NCBI GenBank assembly: GCA_036555745.1
Contig: DATBKV010000138.1
Span: forward strand, 14,853-78,852
Source of the DNA: Xanthobacteraceae bacterium
Lineage (GTDB): Bacteria; Pseudomonadota; Alphaproteobacteria; Rhizobiales; Xanthobacteraceae
Reading direction: 5' to 3'
Length of the DNA stretch: 64,000 nucleotides
The position numbers and the translations under genes are program-made. The notes below the pieces were generated by a model. The model searched no databases, had not been told where the DNA came from, and was given only the letters and a program-made list of their open reading frames with translations. Positions 61,389 to 64,000 of the stretch are shown piece after piece. Within the stretch, counting starts at the first letter, position 1, and every line of letters begins with the position of its first letter.

Positions 61389-62855
61389 ATGAATCCTCCG
61401 GCCGCCAGCGTTGAGGGGATCTCGAAACGGTTTGGCGCTACGCTCGCGCTCGCCGGCGTGGATTTCGATGTCCGCTACGGCGAAATCCATGCCGTGGTCG
61501 GCGAGAACGGCGCCGGCAAGTCGACCCTGATCCGTATCCTCTCTGGAGTGCATCGCCCCGATCGCGGCGTCGTGCGGGTGGAGACGCGCGAGCAGCACTT
61601 TGCCAGTCCGCGCGACGCCATCGCCGCCGGGATCGTGACCATTCCGCAGGAGCTGCGTCTGGTGCCCGCGCTGTCGATCGCGGAGAACATCGCGCTCGGC
61701 AACCTTCCGGTGCGGCGCATCGGGCCGCTGGCCTGGGTCGATCGTTCGCGCATGCGCGCGCAGGCGCGTGCCGTCCTCGCCGAGCTCGACTTCGATCTCG
61801 ATCCCGATGAGAGGGTCGCCGGGCTCGGCTTCGCCGAACGGCAGCTCGTGGCGATCGGCAAGGCGCTGCACCGGCGCTGCCGAATTTTCATTCTCGACGA
61901 GCCGACGGCTGCACTCGAACGGCGCGAGATCGAGCGGCTGTTCGCGGTGCTCGCGCGCATGAAAGGGCAGGGGACCGCCATAGTCTACATCTCCCACCGT
62001 CTCTACGAGGTGGTCGCGATTGCCGACCGCTGCACCGTGCTGCGCGATGGGCGCGTCGCGGCGGTGCGCGCCCGCGGGGCGTTCTCCGTGCGCGATCTGG
62101 TGGCGGCCATGACCGGACGCGCGGCGCAGGACACGCTGGGCGCCCCCGCAACGCCCGGCGAACCGCTGCTGCAGGCGCGGCGGGACGGCGCCGAAATCGA
62201 GTTGCGAGCCGGCGAGGTCGTCGGCCTCGCCGGGCTGCTCGGCAGCGGCGCCGGCCACATGCTGCGCGGCCTGTTCGGCGTCGCGGACGAGGCAGCGCTC
62301 GTGACCACCAGCCGCGGCCGGCGCCGGCTTGCAAGTCCGGCCGACGCCATCGCCGCCGGCATCGGCATGGTGCCGGGCGAGCGCACGCTCGGTCTGATCA
62401 TGAATCAGTCGGTCCGCGACAACATCTTGCTGCCAAGTCTCGACGCGCTCACGCGCATCGGCTGGCTTGACCGTGCCGCCGGCGACCGCATCGTCGCCGA
62501 ACTCATGGAGCTCGTCGACATCCGTCCCCGGCACCCGCAGCTGCCCGCGGGCGCGCTGTCGGGCGGCAATCAGCAGAAAGTGATCCTGGCGAAATGGCTG
62601 GCGCGCAGCGTGGCCGTGCTGCTGCTCGAGGAGCCCACCCAGGGCATCGATATCGCGGCCAAGGTGCAGATCCATGCACTCATCCGAGATTTCGTCGCTC
62701 GCGGGGGCGGAGCGCTCATTCACTCGAGCGATCTCGCCGAGCTGGCGCAGCTGTGCGATGCGGTGCTGGCCGTGCGGCACGGCCGGGTTACCGCCACGCT
62801 TGAGCGTATGGCCGGTCTTGACGAGGCCCGATTGCGGGCCGGGATCGGGGCATAA
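61389..62855 (+). CDS. Sugar-type (CUT2) ABC transporter ATP-binding protein, two fused NBDs
   Basis: Walker A GENGAGKST, signature and Walker B FILDEPTAAL, and a second NBD with LSGGNQQK and LLLEEPTQGID. Confidence 0.9.
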   Translation: MNPPAASVEGISKRFGATLALAGVDFDVRYGEIHAVVGENGAGKSTLIRILSGVHRPDRGVVRVETREQHFASPRDAIAAGIVTIPQELRLVPALSIAENIALGNLPVRRIGPLAWVDRSRMRAQARAVLAELDFDLDPDERVAGLGFAERQLVAIGKALHRRCRIFILDEPTAALERREIERLFAVLARMKGQGTAIVYISHRLYEVVAIADRCTVLRDGRVAAVRARGAFSVRDLVAAMTGRAAQDTLGAPATPGEPLLQARRDGAEIELRAGEVVGLAGLLGSGAGHMLRGLFGVADEAALVTTSRGRRRLASPADAIAAGIGMVPGERTLGLIMNQSVRDNILLPSLDALTRIGWLDRAAGDRIVAELMELVDIRPRHPQLPAGALSGGNQQKVILAKWLARSVAVLLLEEPTQGIDIAAKVQIHALIRDFVARGGGALIHSSDLAELAQLCDAVLAVRHGRVTATLERMAGLDEARLRAGIGA

Positions 62856-62973
62856 CAAATGAATTCGTCAAAGCCGGGCTTGCGCTGTGTTCCCGGGCAT
62901 CCGCGTTCTTGCTCCCATCATCAAGGGCGAGCGAGGCGTGACGTGAACGTTCATCGTTGAAAGCCCTTGCCGC

Positions 62974-63918
62974 ATGGAGCGCATCAAAAAACGATGGAGG
63001 GTCACCGGCCAGATGCCGCTGATCTCGCTCCTGGTGCTCTGCGCAATGACCGCGCTGCTGACCGATCGCTTTCTCTCCCCGCTCAATCTCAGCAATCTTC
63101 TGGTGCAGTCCTCGATCATGGCGGTGATCGCCATGGGCATGACTTTCGTCATCGTCGGCGGAGGCTTCGACCTCTCGGTCGGATCGACGGCCGCGCTGTC
63201 CGGCTGCGTGGCGGCGATGGTGATGCTCGAGGCCGGGATCGCGGCCGGAGTGGCGGCCGGGGTCGTGGCCGGTGCCGCCGTCGGACTGGCGAATGGCCTG
63301 GTCATCGCCTTTCTCGACGTCAATCCCTTCATCACCACACTCGGCACCATGGTGCTGGTGCGCGGCTTGGTTTTCCTCATTACCGGCGGCGCCCCGGTGA
63401 GCGGCGAGAGCGGCTTGCCCGGCGAGTTCGTCGCCTTCGGCTCCGACCGCTTCCTGGGCATCCACTATCTGGTGTGGGTGCCGGCACTCCTGCTGGTCGT
63501 GCTGTCCTTCGCGCTGCAGGCGACCCCCTATGGCCGGCGCGTCTACGCCACCGGCGGCGGCCGCGAGGCGGCCTACCTCTCGGGCGTGCCGGTGCGCCGG
63601 GTGATCGCCTCCACCTACGTCTGGTGCGGAGCGCTCGCCGGAGTGGCTGGCGTGATGCTCGCCGCCCGGTTGCAATCGGGCCAGCCCACGGCAGGGGAAT
63701 TCTACGAATTGACCGCGATCGCCGCGGTGGTCCTGGGCGGCGCCTCGCTACAGGGCGGCGAGGGCACGCTCTACAAGAGCGTGATCGGGGTCTTCATCAT
63801 GATCGTGCTCGGCAACGCCCTCAATCTGCTCAATGTCGATTCCTACTGGCAGCGCGTGGCGGTCGGCGCCGTGATCATTGCGGCGGCTGCCGCCGAAAGG
63901 TTACGCTCACGACAATGA
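62974..63918 (+). CDS. ABC transporter permease (RbsC/branched-sugar family)
   Basis: 314 aa, multi-TM, with ..IAMGMTFVIVGGGFDLSVGS.. and ..GGASLQGGEG... Confidence 0.9.
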   Translation: MERIKKRWRVTGQMPLISLLVLCAMTALLTDRFLSPLNLSNLLVQSSIMAVIAMGMTFVIVGGGFDLSVGSTAALSGCVAAMVMLEAGIAAGVAAGVVAGAAVGLANGLVIAFLDVNPFITTLGTMVLVRGLVFLITGGAPVSGESGLPGEFVAFGSDRFLGIHYLVWVPALLLVVLSFALQATPYGRRVYATGGGREAAYLSGVPVRRVIASTYVWCGALAGVAGVMLAARLQSGQPTAGEFYELTAIAAVVLGGASLQGGEGTLYKSVIGVFIMIVLGNALNLLNVDSYWQRVAVGAVIIAAAAAERLRSRQ

Positions 63919-63932
63919 AGAGGAGGATGCGC

Positions 63933-64000
63933 ATGTTCAGCCTTCGCTCGGCCGCGCTCGCCGCGGCGCTGCTCGTTCCGGCCGCGCTGGCCGTGGTCTC
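63933..64000 (+). CDS. 5' end of a probable periplasmic substrate-binding protein (truncated by the window)
   Basis: RBS AGGAGG, then MFSLRSAALAAALLVPAALAVV (signal-peptide-like). Only 22 codons are visible. Confidence 0.5.
   Translation, partial: MFSLRSAALAAALLVPAALAVV

Noticed and set aside
61344-62858. 504-aa minus-strand ORF
   Set aside because: It is antisense to the double-NBD ABC ATPase, which has Walker A/B and LSGGQ motifs. It is a shadow ORF.

Overview
High-GC (about 66-70% by hand count) alphaproteobacterial chromosome segment. Gene content points to Bradyrhizobiaceae/Nitrobacteraceae: hopanoid hpn genes, the ChvG/ChvI-HprK-EIIA-NPr module beside pckA, and a Bug/TctC binding protein. 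About 60 genes are supported, falling into three blocks.

(1) 1-35.8 kb is conserved core:
- hpnJ-hpnI-hpnL-like and mipA
- an orphan AceE-like E1, mepA, and a frameshifted DUF488 gene
- a Tat-signal CDA-fold deaminase, lepA, a GT39 glycosyltransferase, a membrane-anchored ADA-like deaminase, and ahcY
- a UdgX-type uracil-DNA binding protein
- ptsH/EIIA-Man/hprK/chvG/chvI, pckA, and an unusual His-repeat double CpxP/Spy-like periplasmic protein
- argB, engB-yidC-rnpA-rpmH, a TVP38 plus FAD disulfide reductase pair, and an orphan histidine kinase
- tRNA-Arg(ACG)

(2) 35.9-42.4 kb lies directly 3' of the tRNA. Its GC is visibly lower (53-58% on hand-counted lines). It carries a LysR regulator, two binding proteins, a DOPA-dioxygenase-family gene and a knot of small genes of unknown function. 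No integrase or att repeat was seen.

(3) 42.5-64 kb is catabolic:
- a CDO-like cupin plus a 4-domain rhodanese
- indolepyruvate:ferredoxin oxidoreductase iorAB, divergent from a TRAP transporter
- a complete aerobic aryl-CoA cluster (2-aminobenzoyl-/salicylyl-CoA type) with MarR
- an orphan NicX-like ring-cleavage dioxygenase leading a sugar-type ABC transporter operon

Two related MITE/REP-like palindromic elements sit in intergenic gaps, one of them inside the TRAP operon. No CRISPR array, rRNA, transposase, integrase or recognisable defence system was found. No single clearly novel multi-gene system is evident. The best leads are the modular periplasmic protein (24.5-26.1 kb), the small-gene islet at the tRNA, and the NicX-like/ABC operon beside the aryl-CoA cluster.

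All family assignments come from motif recognition by eye, not database searches.
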